Shown in pieces: positions 27,742 through 37,670 of a stretch of 64,000 nt of DNA. Location: IMG/VR virus record IMGVR_UViG_3300042465_000293, positions 3,241 through 67,240 of that record. The stretch is one strand, 5' to 3'. Source of the stretch: a virus. The notes under the pieces were generated by a model. The model had not been told where the DNA came from, searched no databases, and was given only the letters and a program-made list of their open reading frames with translations. The position numbers and the translations under genes were made by a program. How positions within the stretch are numbered: the first letter of the stretch is position 1; the number at the start of each line of letters is the position of its first letter.

Positions 27742-28019
27742 TGAAAAAACGTAAATTCAATGATGGTGGCATTTATACCGCCGAGATGGGGAAACCCCCA
27801 CAAGACATCGACGGTGGGTCTGCGCCCATGAAAAGACCGATGCCTAAGTCGCCTATGGCTATGAAGAAGCCTATGCCTAAAAAGCCCATGCCTATGGCTC
27901 CCAAGCCCCGTAGCGTGCCTCCTGAAGCACCTATGATGCCCGGCATGAAAAAGGGTGGCGCTGTAAAAGGCAAGACCAAAGGCACTCAGGTCAAAATGAA
28001 GCGCGGCGGAAAGTGCTGA
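27741..28019 (+). CDS. Small Lys/Met/Pro-rich protein
   Basis: Coupled ORF; KKPMP repeats; FNDGG, MKKGGAV. Confidence 0.7.
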   Translation: MKKRKFNDGGIYTAEMGKPPQDIDGGSAPMKRPMPKSPMAMKKPMPKKPMPMAPKPRSVPPEAPMMPGMKKGGAVKGKTKGTQVKMKRGGKC

Positions 28020-28020
28020 T

Positions 28021-28341
28021 ATGAGAGCCAGTCGCGGTATGGGTATTATCAACCCAGACAAAATGCCCAAAGCCAAGGTAAAGAAGCGCCGTGACAACAC
28101 GGACTTTACCGAGGATGGGCAGGTGCGCCAGCGCCGCGACAACACGGACTTCACTGAGTATGCCGAGGGTGGAAAAGTCAATGCTGCTGGTAACTACACC
28201 AAGCCCAGTCTGCGCAAGCGGATTGTGTCTCAGGTAAAAGCCGCAGCAACGCAGGGCACAGGGGCTGGCCAGTGGTCAGCCCGTAAAGCACAGCTTGTGG
28301 CTAAGAAGTACAAAGCTGCTGGCGGTGGGTACAGGAACTGA
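28021..28341 (+). CDS. Small basic protein
   Basis: MRASRGMG; duplicated RRDNTDFTE; GQWSARKAQL...YKAAGGGY. Confidence 0.75.
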   Translation: MRASRGMGIINPDKMPKAKVKKRRDNTDFTEDGQVRQRRDNTDFTEYAEGGKVNAAGNYTKPSLRKRIVSQVKAAATQGTGAGQWSARKAQLVAKKYKAAGGGYRN

Positions 28342-28342
28342 C

Positions 28343-28576
28343 ATGAAAGCCCCCCAGCAATCCCTGAAAGACTGGGGCGACCAGAAGTGGCGCACCAAAA
28401 GCGGCAAGCCGTCTTCAAAAACAGGTGAGCGTTATTTGCCGGAAAAGGCTATAAAATCGTTGAGTCCTGCCGAGTACGCGGCTACTACAAAAGCTAAGCG
28501 GGCTGGTAAGGCAGCGGGCAAACAATTTGTTGCCCAACCTAAAACGATTGCAAAGAAAACAGCGGGGTATCGGTAA
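28343..28576 (+). CDS. Small basic protein (DUF5872-like)
   Basis: QQSLKDWGDQKWRTKSG...ERYLP...KQFVAQP. Confidence 0.75.
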   Translation: MKAPQQSLKDWGDQKWRTKSGKPSSKTGERYLPEKAIKSLSPAEYAATTKAKRAGKAAGKQFVAQPKTIAKKTAGYR

Positions 28577-29533
28577 ATGAGCACTTCAGGCACCTCCGGC
28601 TTCAACCTCGAATTTACAGAGATTGCTGAGGAATCGTGGGAGCGTGCTGGCCGCGAGATGCGTACAGGTTATGACCTGCGCACCGCACGTCGCTCCATGA
28701 ATCTGATGACCATCGAGTGGCAGAACCGTGGCATCAACATGTGGACGATTGAGCAAGGGGTGATCAACCTCGTGCAAGGCGTTAACACTTACGCACTGCC
28801 CAACGACACCATTGACTTGCTGGAGCATGTCATCCGTACAGGTGCCGGTAATGTGTCTACGCAGTCAGACCTCTCAATCACGCGCATCAGTGTCTCCACG
28901 TACGCGACGATCCCAAACAAGTTACAGCAGGCACGCCCAATCCAAATTTGGATTCAGCGTATGTCGGGCCAAGAAAGTCTGACTGCTGGCCTGTTGTCCT
29001 CCACCATTACCTCAACTGCTACTACCATCACTCTGAGTGACGTAACGGCCCTGCCAGCGGCGGGTTTTATCCGTCTGGACAGTGAAATCATCAGCTACGG
29101 CTACATTACGACTGTTGTGGGCAGCACGCAAGGAACGCTCTCTAACTGTGGCCGTGGCCAACAAGACACCTTCCCTGCCGCGCATACTGCTGGAGCCTCA
29201 GTTTATTGGCCCCAAGTGCCCGCTGTGACCGTCTGGCCAACCCCAGATCAAGGCACCGCAGCCTCGCCCTATTACCAGCTTGCTTACTGGCGTATGCGCC
29301 GTATTCAGGATGCTGGAGCGGGTGTTGAGACCGCAGATATGAATTTCCGCTTTTTGCCCTGCGTAGCGGCTGGCTTGGCCTATCACATTGCCATGAAGGT
29401 GCCTGAACTTGCGCCGCGCATCCCAATGTTAAAAGCCGCATACGACGAACAGTTTGACTTGGCAGCAGGAGAGGATAGAGAAAAGGCTGCGATTCGGTTT
29501 GTGCCGCGTCGCTCCTACATTGGGGGTGGCTAA
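28577..29533 (+). CDS. Putative head-tail adaptor with inserted beta domain
   Basis: ARRSMNLMTIEWQNRGINMWT; RFLPCVAAGLAY; insert with RGQQDT..AAH. Confidence 0.7.
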   Translation: MSTSGTSGFNLEFTEIAEESWERAGREMRTGYDLRTARRSMNLMTIEWQNRGINMWTIEQGVINLVQGVNTYALPNDTIDLLEHVIRTGAGNVSTQSDLSITRISVSTYATIPNKLQQARPIQIWIQRMSGQESLTAGLLSSTITSTATTITLSDVTALPAAGFIRLDSEIISYGYITTVVGSTQGTLSNCGRGQQDTFPAAHTAGASVYWPQVPAVTVWPTPDQGTAASPYYQLAYWRMRRIQDAGAGVETADMNFRFLPCVAAGLAYHIAMKVPELAPRIPMLKAAYDEQFDLAAGEDREKAAIRFVPRRSYIGGG

Positions 29534-29922
29534 TGGGTAACCGTTTTGCCTCCGGCAAGATTGCGATTGCAATCTGCGACCGTTGCGGATTTCAATTCCG
29601 TTTGCGCGAGTTGCGCGAACTGATCATCAAGACAAAGCAGGTCAACATATTGGTCTGCAAATCTTGTTGGGAACCTGACCAGCCGCAGTTGCAACTGGGT
29701 ATGTATCCGGTGGATGATCCGCAAGCATTGCGGAACCCACGTAAGGATAATACGTACTACCAGTCGGGTACGACCGCAACTGGGTCGATTGGTGAAGGTA
29801 GTCGGAACATCCAATGGGGCTGGGCTCCAGTAGGAATGTCCCGTAATTTTGATTCTGAACTCACACCAAATAACTTGGTGGGAATCGGACAAGTTGGTAC
29901 AGTAACGGTTGTGATCACATAA
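29533..29922 (+). CDS. Zinc-ribbon protein of the neck module
   Basis: ICDRCGF...VCKSCWEPDQPQL...DPQALRNPR. Confidence 0.75.
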   Translation: MGNRFASGKIAIAICDRCGFQFRLRELRELIIKTKQVNILVCKSCWEPDQPQLQLGMYPVDDPQALRNPRKDNTYYQSGTTATGSIGEGSRNIQWGWAPVGMSRNFDSELTPNNLVGIGQVGTVTVVIT

Positions 29923-29932
29923 GGAGTTCAAA

Positions 29933-30121
29933 ATGGCGTATACAAAATCTGCTGATGGCATCGCTAAAAAAGGCAAGACCGAAGGTAAAAACCTTGGTAA
30001 CAGTGGCCCTGCGGTTGGCATCCAAACTGGTGGTACGGGCAAAGGCGGCGGCAAATCTAACACCGACATGAAGTCGATGGGCCGTGGCTTGGCAAAAATT
30101 GCAGCACAAAAGCGAGGTTAA
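29933..30121 (+). CDS. Small basic protein
   Basis: ADGIAKKGKT; MKSMGRGLAK; AGGAG SD. Confidence 0.7.
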   Translation: MAYTKSADGIAKKGKTEGKNLGNSGPAVGIQTGGTGKGGGKSNTDMKSMGRGLAKIAAQKRG

Positions 30122-30123
30122 TC

Positions 30124-30387
30124 ATGGCTACATACAGCAAGAAAATGATGGGTAAAGAAGTTGGCGCTGCCAGCGTTTACGCTGAGCCGCACACAATGAA
30201 GGGTAAAGCCGTCAAGATGTCAAGCAACCCCGGCAGCGGCCCAGACCACAGCAAAGCTGACACTGTGAACATGTCTGTTGGAACCATTTACAAGCGCGAT
30301 GATGCTGGCCCAAAAACCAGCGGCATTAAAATTCGCGGTACTGGCGCAGCCACCAAAGGCGTAATGGCTCGCGGCCCAATGGCCTAA
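30124..30387 (+). CDS. Small basic protein
   Basis: IRGTGAATKG C-terminal motif. Confidence 0.7.
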   Translation: MATYSKKMMGKEVGAASVYAEPHTMKGKAVKMSSNPGSGPDHSKADTVNMSVGTIYKRDDAGPKTSGIKIRGTGAATKGVMARGPMA

Positions 30388-30397
30388 GAGGTAGCGC

Positions 30398-31033
30398 ATG
30401 AACTACACCGAGTTGTGCACCAACATTGAGAACATCTGCGAGAACGAGTTTTCTGCGCAGGAGTTGGCTATGTTCACCGAGCAGGCTGAGCAGAAGATTT
30501 ACAACACGGTGCAGATTCCTGCAATTCGCAAGAACGTAACAGGAGCAATGACGGCTGGTAACAAGTACCTCCAGATTCCGTCTGACTTCCTCTACGTTTA
30601 TTCGCTGGCCGTGATCAAGTCCGATGGCGAGTATTGCTACTTGATTGACAAGGACGTGAACTTTATCCGCGAAGCGTACCCACGGGATGTAACTGCCACG
30701 CGCACAACCCCCAAGTATTACGCCATCTTTGACGCTTCCGCATTTATTGTTGGCCCCACACCTGATCAGTCGTACAGTGCCGAGTTGCACTACGGCTATT
30801 ACCCCGAGTCCATTGTCACAGCAGGCACTACGTGGCTGGGCACTGAGTTTGATTCCGCTCTCTTGAACGGCGCACTGATTGAGGCTATCCGCTTCATGAA
30901 GGGTGAGCCTGACATGATCGCGGTCTACGAGAAGTTGTACGTTCAGGCAATTGGCCTCTTGAAGAATTTGGGTGACGGTAAGCTACGTACAGACACGTAT
31001 CGCACTGTTCAAGTCCGCAATCCAGTAAGTTAA
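30398..31033 (+). CDS. Putative head-tail connector / tail tubular A-like protein
   Basis: MNYTEL...QAEQKIY...PKYYA...GPTPD...LLNGALIEA. Confidence 0.7.
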   Translation: MNYTELCTNIENICENEFSAQELAMFTEQAEQKIYNTVQIPAIRKNVTGAMTAGNKYLQIPSDFLYVYSLAVIKSDGEYCYLIDKDVNFIREAYPRDVTATRTTPKYYAIFDASAFIVGPTPDQSYSAELHYGYYPESIVTAGTTWLGTEFDSALLNGALIEAIRFMKGEPDMIAVYEKLYVQAIGLLKNLGDGKLRTDTYRTVQVRNPVS

Positions 31034-31043
31034 GGAGTAAGAA

Positions 31044-31478
31044 ATGGCAATCACACAAGCAATGTGCACCTCATTCAAAGTTGGCATTCTCAGCGCCGAT
31101 TTTGATTTTGATACAGGCACAACTCAAGTTTTTAAAATCGCGTTGTTTACGTCAGCGGCTACGTTGAGCGCAGCTACGACTGCATACAGCACATCCAACG
31201 AAGTCACCGGCACCGGTTACTCTGCGGGTGGCAACATCCTAACGGTCAGTCAAGTACCCACGTCTTCGGGCACCACAGCGTTTATTGACTTTGCGGACAC
31301 CACATGGTCAACCGCTACGATCACTGCGCGTGGCGCGTTGATCTACTTGGCCAACGGTACAACCAACCCTGCGGTTGCTGTGCTGGACTTTGGCGGTGAC
31401 AAGACTTCTACCGCTGGCAACTTCACCATCCAGTTCCCTGCCGCAGACGCGACCAACGCGATCTTGCGCATCGCCTAA
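31044..31478 (+). CDS. Virion / tail protein
   Basis: FKIALFTS...EVTGTGYSAGG...ARGALIY...VLDFG. Confidence 0.7.
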   Translation: MAITQAMCTSFKVGILSADFDFDTGTTQVFKIALFTSAATLSAATTAYSTSNEVTGTGYSAGGNILTVSQVPTSSGTTAFIDFADTTWSTATITARGALIYLANGTTNPAVAVLDFGGDKTSTAGNFTIQFPAADATNAILRIA

Positions 31479-31491
31479 CAGCGGTGAGTAG

Positions 31492-32394
31492 GTGGCTGAT
31501 GCAAAGGTAGCCTTTGAAGGTTGGGGTGCCTCGGGCGTTGCTTGGGGCTCCCAAGGGTGGGGTGTCGGCCATTCAGATGTAACTGCTACCGGCGAGGTCG
31601 GTACAGTTGCTGTCACCGCAGACGCAAACGTCTACCCCTCGGGCCTTGAGGCTACGGGTCAGGTAGGCACAGTTGTTGTTGCTGCTGACGCAATCGTAGA
31701 TGTTTCTGGGGTCTCCGCAACGGGGGCCATAGGCACGGTCACTGTCGTAGCCACCGCCGTGGTTTTCCCCACGGGTGTAGAAGCAACTGGGTTTATTGGT
31801 GCTGTTGACGTTACAGGCGATGCCATTGTGTACCCCTCGGGGCTACAAGCCACGGGCCAAGTTGGTACTGTGGTGGTTCAGGCAGATGCCATTGTCCAAG
31901 TTACAGGGGTGGATGGCACAACCCAGCTTGGCACCGTACAGGTCTCTGGTACAGCCAATATCTTCCCCACAGGGGTATCTGCCACAGGCGAAGTAGGTAC
32001 TGTTACCATCGTTGGTGAAGCGGTTGTTACCCCCACTGGCGTGTCTGCCACAGGCGAGACTGGCACCGTTACAGTCGAAGGTATAGCCAACGTATACCCA
32101 ACGGGCGTAGAAGCTACCGGCGCAGTAGGCCAAGTATCTTTTGCCTTGTCGATTGTTGTATCCGTTACGGGCGTATCGGGCACAATGGAGCTTGGCAACG
32201 TAACCGTTGCAGCGGGCGCAACAGCTACTCCAACTGGGGTTTCCGCCACGGGTGAGATAGGACAAGTAAATGTTTGGGGTCAGATAGATGACGGACAGTC
32301 AGCAAACTGGCAAAATATCAACGATGCTCAAACACCCACATGGGTTGTTGTGAGTGATACGCAAACTGCGGGCTGGCAACAAGTTGTCACATAA
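31492..32394 (+). CDS. Repetitive beta-strand tail-associated protein
   Basis: About ten ~20-aa repeats of type PTGVSATGxVGTVTV. Confidence 0.75.
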   Translation: MADAKVAFEGWGASGVAWGSQGWGVGHSDVTATGEVGTVAVTADANVYPSGLEATGQVGTVVVAADAIVDVSGVSATGAIGTVTVVATAVVFPTGVEATGFIGAVDVTGDAIVYPSGLQATGQVGTVVVQADAIVQVTGVDGTTQLGTVQVSGTANIFPTGVSATGEVGTVTIVGEAVVTPTGVSATGETGTVTVEGIANVYPTGVEATGAVGQVSFALSIVVSVTGVSGTMELGNVTVAAGATATPTGVSATGEIGQVNVWGQIDDGQSANWQNINDAQTPTWVVVSDTQTAGWQQVVT

Positions 32395-32406
32395 GAGGGT
32401 AAACAG

Positions 32407-35400
32407 ATGACCACACAATACACACCAACGCTTAAATTGGCGCTCCCCGTCACCGGCGAACTCTCTGGTACATGGGGCGATGTTGTTAACGACAACATCA
32501 CTTCGATGATTGAGCAAGCCATTGCTGGCCTTTCGACAATCAATACTTGGACTGCCAACGCCCACACGTTGACCACAGCCAACGGTACGACCTCTGAGTC
32601 GCGTTGTGCCATGCTTGTTGCAGCTACTGGCGCTGGTGGTACGGCCCTTACTGGCGCTGGTGAAATTATCTGCCCAGCCGCAGCCAAGCTCTACGTGATG
32701 CAGAACACCACGGCTTTCGTTGTTACCCTGAAGACCTCTGCCGGTACAGGTGTGGCAGTTGCTGCTGGCAATACTGCGTTCTTGTTCTGTGACGGCACCA
32801 ACGTCAACTCTTGCGTGACGACCATTGTTGATGGCAACATTACTGGCAATTTAACCGTAGGTGGTAATGCCACGATCAACGGCAACACCACGCTGGGTAA
32901 CGCCACAACCGACACTATCACTGCTACGGCACGATTCAACACTGACTTGTTACCCTCGACTGACAACGCTCGTGATCTGGGCTCTGTTGCTAACTCGTGG
33001 AAAGACTTGTACATCGACGGTACAGCGTATCTCGCTCTTGTGGACATCAACGGCGGCACGATTGATGGTGTGTCGATTGGCGCAACAACTGCGGCCACGC
33101 TCATCAACGTAGACAACCTGCGTCTTGATGGCAACACTCTGTCTTCAACTGACACCAACGGCAACGTGGTGATTGCCCCCAACGGTACAGGCGACGTTCA
33201 ACTGGACGCTGACACAGTGCGTGTTGGTGACTCTGGCGCTGCTGCTACCCTGACATCTAATGGCGCAGGCGCTCTCACGGTAACCACCGGTGGTGCTGCT
33301 GACCTCACGCTGTCTACCAACTCAGGCACGACCTCTGGCACGATCACAATTGCGAATGGTGCAAACGGCAACATTACCCTGACCCCTGACGGTACAGGCG
33401 ACGTGATCTTGTCTGCTGACCGTGTACAGATCGGTGACTCAAACACTGACACTACCCTGACCACCAACGGTACGGGTAACTTGAACCTGACCACTAACAA
33501 TGGCACAAACTCTGGCACGATCCAAATTGCCCAAGGTGTTAACGGCAACATCACGTTGACTCCCAACGGCACAGGCTCTGTGTCGATCAGCAAGCTGTAT
33601 TCGTCTGGCAACACCACGCTTGGTGCTACATCTGCCAATACATTGTCTGTTGCTGCGACTATCACCAGCAACTTGATATTCACTGACAATACTTACGACA
33701 TCGGAGCGTCTGGCGCAACTCGCCCTCGCAACTTATATCTTGCAGGTGATGCAACAATTGGTGGTTCCATCGTAGCTACGACGCTTGACCTGACCAACCT
33801 TGAAGTGACAAACATCAAGGCCAAGGACGGCACAGCAGCAATGACTATTGCTGATTCAACTGGTGCGGTTGCTGTGTCTACCAATATGACGATTGGTAAT
33901 GCAACATCGGACACATTGACTGTTACCAGCACAGTCACCAGCAATCTGATCTTCACTGACAACACTTACGATATTGGTGCTTCAGGTGCAACTCGTCCTC
34001 GCAACCTGTACTTGGCAGGTTTGCTTACGATGGGCGGCGCTTTGACAGTCAACGGCAATACCACTCTTGGTGATGCGGCAGGTGACACGTTAACTATTAA
34101 CGGCACCGCAGTCAGCATCCCCAACAGCTTAAACTTTGACAGCAATACTCTGTTCATCGACGCCACCAACAACCGTGTTGGTGTCTTGACCAATGCACCG
34201 GATTACGAATTGTCAGTGGTCGGTTCTGTTAGTCTTGGGAGTGTTGGCGCTAATCTTGGTGTGATTATCACACCGATTACCTCAACGGCGCTTCCAAGTT
34301 CGTCAGTTAAGAGCATCATTACGGGCCTTAACAGCGGGTTTGGATACGCCGCTGGGTCGCTGTATATTCAACCCCGCACGGGCGTTGGCGCGGTATTGGT
34401 ACTTGGTACTGAAGGCGTTGAGAGAGTGAAGATTGGTAATTCCGAAGCAATATTTAACGACCCCGGCAACGATGTTGACTTTCGTGTTGAGTCGGACAAC
34501 AACACCCACATGTTTTTTGTAGACGCCAGCACTGACCGAATTGGCATCAACGACTCTACGCCATCGTATCAAATGGATTTTGGTGGTGGCACTACTGTCA
34601 GCCGTCGCATTCAGTTGCAACGTGGTTCTGACGACGCCAACCAAAATATGTTGCTTGGTTGGAGCGGTATTGACGTGACTCGCACCAGCAACGTGATTGC
34701 TGACGCACAATCCACATTTTCTATTAACCAAGTCGCATCAAACGCCACTCGAAATGTACTTTATGTCAATACTGATGGCGGTATTATTCTTAATGAAGAC
34801 GGGTACGATTCGGATTTCCGTGTTGAGTCCGACAACCGCACACACATGCTGTTTGTGGATGCGGGTACAGATCAGGTCATAATGGGTCAAAGCACCCCAC
34901 GAGCAAATGCAACACTGACTCTTAGTTATTCGGGGGCCAGTTCGGGCAATAATGCGCAACTCAGTATTGATGCAAACGCAAATAGCGGCACGGGGCAGGC
35001 TGTTATGGAGTTGCTTGCTGGCTCTGGTAGCACTAACCGCGCTTCTCGTATTAACTTTTTGAACGGTGTTGCCAGTACAACCACCCCTCGCTGGACACTG
35101 ATCAACGATTATGATCAGAACGGCACCAACGAGCTTCGCCTGATAAATGCCGCAACTTATTCTATGATGGAGTTTACCCAGTCGGGTGGGGTGGTGTTCA
35201 ACGAGGGCAGTAACGATCTTGACTTCCGTGTTGAATCTGACGGCACCACCCACATGCTGTTTGTGGACGCAGGAAACAACCGTGTTGGCGTGGGCCTCAG
35301 TAGCCCCGGCTCTACCTTCCACGTTGGCGGCACAACAAGCGACAACATAACTGCCGCCGCTGCGATTGCAAAAATTACAGGCACGGGCTTGGATGGCCTT

Positions 35401-36222
35401 GGTTTTGGAACCTTCGCGTCTTCTCCATTCCCGTCATGGATTCAATCCGGGTACATGGGCAACGGATATTCTCCTGAGTTCAACGGCGGATATGCTCTGC
35501 TTTTAAACCCCGCTGGATCGGCTGGCGTAGGGGTTCGCAGAACCAGCGCAAGTTATCCCCTCCATGTGGGCGGTTCTGCCGCGATTGAAGATGCGTCTGC
35601 CCCCGTCCTGTATTTTATTGACACGGGGAACTCTACCAGCGAAATGGGTGTGTCAGGCTCGGGGGCAGGGCTGGATAACGTCTACATAGCCGGATACAAC
35701 GCAAGGACGACCAGTACCTACGATTTTCGGATTACTGGCGCAAACGGCAACATTAACACCCGCGCCAATCTTTCCGTGGGGGGTGCGCTGTCAAAGGCTT
35801 CTGGCTCGTTCCGAATTGATCACCCGCTGCCTTCATTGAATGAAACGCATCACTTAGTGCATTCGTTTGTTGAAGCCCCACAAGCAGACTTGTATTACCG
35901 TGGCAAAGTTGCCCTTGTAAATGGTCGCGCAACGGTCAACATTGACCAAGTTGCAGGCATGACGGAAGGTACGTTTGTTTTGCTTAACCGTGAAGTTCAG
36001 TGCTTTACAAGCAACGAAACCGATTGGGATGCAGTCCGTGGTTCAGTGTCTGGGAACATCTTGACCATTGAATGTCAAAACCAGTCTTCCACTGCAACGG
36101 TCTCTTGGATGGTTGTGGGTGAGCGTAAGGACAAACACATGTATGACACCGACTGGACTGACGTTAACGGCAAAGTTATTGTCGAACCCCTTAAACCGGC
36201 TCCAGAGCCTACAACCCGTTAA
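32407..36222 (+). CDS. Tail fibre / receptor-binding protein
   Basis: 1271 aa, Thr/Gly/Asn-rich; internal repeats; C-terminal SFRIDHP...LVHSFVEAP domain. Confidence 0.85.
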   Translation: MTTQYTPTLKLALPVTGELSGTWGDVVNDNITSMIEQAIAGLSTINTWTANAHTLTTANGTTSESRCAMLVAATGAGGTALTGAGEIICPAAAKLYVMQNTTAFVVTLKTSAGTGVAVAAGNTAFLFCDGTNVNSCVTTIVDGNITGNLTVGGNATINGNTTLGNATTDTITATARFNTDLLPSTDNARDLGSVANSWKDLYIDGTAYLALVDINGGTIDGVSIGATTAATLINVDNLRLDGNTLSSTDTNGNVVIAPNGTGDVQLDADTVRVGDSGAAATLTSNGAGALTVTTGGAADLTLSTNSGTTSGTITIANGANGNITLTPDGTGDVILSADRVQIGDSNTDTTLTTNGTGNLNLTTNNGTNSGTIQIAQGVNGNITLTPNGTGSVSISKLYSSGNTTLGATSANTLSVAATITSNLIFTDNTYDIGASGATRPRNLYLAGDATIGGSIVATTLDLTNLEVTNIKAKDGTAAMTIADSTGAVAVSTNMTIGNATSDTLTVTSTVTSNLIFTDNTYDIGASGATRPRNLYLAGLLTMGGALTVNGNTTLGDAAGDTLTINGTAVSIPNSLNFDSNTLFIDATNNRVGVLTNAPDYELSVVGSVSLGSVGANLGVIITPITSTALPSSSVKSIITGLNSGFGYAAGSLYIQPRTGVGAVLVLGTEGVERVKIGNSEAIFNDPGNDVDFRVESDNNTHMFFVDASTDRIGINDSTPSYQMDFGGGTTVSRRIQLQRGSDDANQNMLLGWSGIDVTRTSNVIADAQSTFSINQVASNATRNVLYVNTDGGIILNEDGYDSDFRVESDNRTHMLFVDAGTDQVIMGQSTPRANATLTLSYSGASSGNNAQLSIDANANSGTGQAVMELLAGSGSTNRASRINFLNGVASTTTPRWTLINDYDQNGTNELRLINAATYSMMEFTQSGGVVFNEGSNDLDFRVESDGTTHMLFVDAGNNRVGVGLSSPGSTFHVGGTTSDNITAAAAIAKITGTGLDGLGFGTFASSPFPSWIQSGYMGNGYSPEFNGGYALLLNPAGSAGVGVRRTSASYPLHVGGSAAIEDASAPVLYFIDTGNSTSEMGVSGSGAGLDNVYIAGYNARTTSTYDFRITGANGNINTRANLSVGGALSKASGSFRIDHPLPSLNETHHLVHSFVEAPQADLYYRGKVALVNGRATVNIDQVAGMTEGTFVLLNREVQCFTSNETDWDAVRGSVSGNILTIECQNQSSTATVSWMVVGERKDKHMYDTDWTDVNGKVIVEPLKPAPEPTTR

Positions 36223-36239
36223 CCTAAAAGGAAATTATC

Positions 36240-36575
36240 ATGTCTCAAGTAACTCTCACATGGGCCGTCAACAACATGACCCGCGTTCTCAATGACGGCT
36301 TCGTAATCGTCGTTGACTGGTCTTGCACTGCATCCGCTACGGGCGTTCAGGGTGCATTTTATGGTGGCCAGTCTACCTACACCAACAACCCTGATGAACC
36401 CGGCTTCATTCCCTACGACCAACTGACCGAAGCTGAAGTTTTGGGCTGGGTCTACGCAGGTCTGGGCGATCAGAAGGCCGAGATCGAGGCTACGTTGACT
36501 GCCAAGGTTCAAAAGCAGTTGAACCCCACAACTGCGCAGGGCGTGCCTTGGAATCCAGCCCCTGCTGCGGCATAA
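36240..36575 (+). CDS. Tail-fibre-associated protein
   Basis: FIPYDQLTEAEVLGWV...GVPW; follows the fibre gene. Confidence 0.7.
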   Translation: MSQVTLTWAVNNMTRVLNDGFVIVVDWSCTASATGVQGAFYGGQSTYTNNPDEPGFIPYDQLTEAEVLGWVYAGLGDQKAEIEATLTAKVQKQLNPTTAQGVPWNPAPAAA

Positions 36576-36629
36576 TGTTTAGGGGGTTACGCCACTGCCC
36601 CATTTCAGTGGCATTTTGAAAGAAATGAT

Positions 36630-36866
36630 ATGAGCGAGAAAAAAACAGCCTCAGTCACGATTGATGGTAAGACGTACACCGAAGACCAACTGACTGATCA
36701 ACAAAAAGTAATGGTCAATCATGTGGCTGATCTTGACCGTAAGTTGGCTTCGGCCCGCTTCAACGTGGATCAATTGCAAGTTGGGCGCGATGCGTTTTTT
36801 AGTTTGCTCAAACAGTCTTTAGAGGCTCAAGATGAAGCTACAGAAACCGCCGACAACGCTGCCTGA
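36630..36866 (+). CDS. Small coiled-coil protein, possible fibre chaperone
   Basis: VTIDGKTY...NHVADLDRK. Confidence 0.7.
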   Translation: MSEKKTASVTIDGKTYTEDQLTDQQKVMVNHVADLDRKLASARFNVDQLQVGRDAFFSLLKQSLEAQDEATETADNAA

Positions 36867-37044
36867 CGGCACGATAGAAGCAGCCCACGAGGTGGAGGCC
36901 GTGTGTCTCCACTGTGGTTACGACTTGGATGAGGCGGAGCTTGCCGCCGACACCTGCTCTGATTGCGGCAAACCGCTGGAGTTGAAGCAGAACGTGGCCA
37001 TCCAAGTAACAACACTGCCCCCGATGTTTGGCGGCGTAATGTAA
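36832..37044 (+). CDS. Small C4 zinc-finger protein
   Basis: CLHCG...CSDCG. Confidence 0.6.
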   Translation: MKLQKPPTTLPDGTIEAAHEVEAVCLHCGYDLDEAELAADTCSDCGKPLELKQNVAIQVTTLPPMFGGVM

Positions 37045-37055
37045 AGAAAGCCCCA

Positions 37056-37670
37056 ATGAGTGACGAGAAAGCCCTTGGCGTACTGGATCGGGTGCTGTCG
37101 TATGTAGACTCCCCATTCAAGCTGATCGCTATTGTGGTCATGGCTGTCGTCACCTTTGCGGGCTATCTGTTTTGGCAGAACCAATCGTTTCTGCTGGCCG
37201 CTTACCAAGAGCAAAAAAGAATGCCTACCATCCACGAAGAACGTGTGGATGATGCAGCTTCGGTACTGTTCAAACAGACTGATGCCAAGTTCGTAGCCAT
37301 ATTCAAAGTCAACCCCATTCTTGGCACCCGTGTGTTGCACCGCTTGTACACCAAAGACGGACGCAGCAAAGAACTCGAAGGTATAGATGTCGGCCTGTTT
37401 ACAACCAACCACTCAAACAACAACGATGTGGTAAAGCTGATGGCAGGCGAGATCACGTGTGGAAACTACCTACGCCCCCAGAGTGAACTGGGCATCTGGT
37501 ACATCGCACAAGGCGCAAACTACACATGCAGGGTGGCCGTGCCCCCTGACCGCAGCCGGTTCATTGGCCAGATTACCGCAGGTTGGGGCGCACCACCTGA
37601 CAACTTAGAGCACATCATCTCCATGATGGAGATTGCAGCGACCATACTGGTCAAGAAAGGTGGAGCATGA
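37056..37670 (+). CDS. Single-TM membrane protein of the lysis cassette
   Basis: TM LIAIVVMAVVTFAGYLFW, then a soluble domain with two Cys; precedes holin and endolysin. Confidence 0.65.
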   Translation: MSDEKALGVLDRVLSYVDSPFKLIAIVVMAVVTFAGYLFWQNQSFLLAAYQEQKRMPTIHEERVDDAASVLFKQTDAKFVAIFKVNPILGTRVLHRLYTKDGRSKELEGIDVGLFTTNHSNNNDVVKLMAGEITCGNYLRPQSELGIWYIAQGANYTCRVAVPPDRSRFIGQITAGWGAPPDNLEHIISMMEIAATILVKKGGA

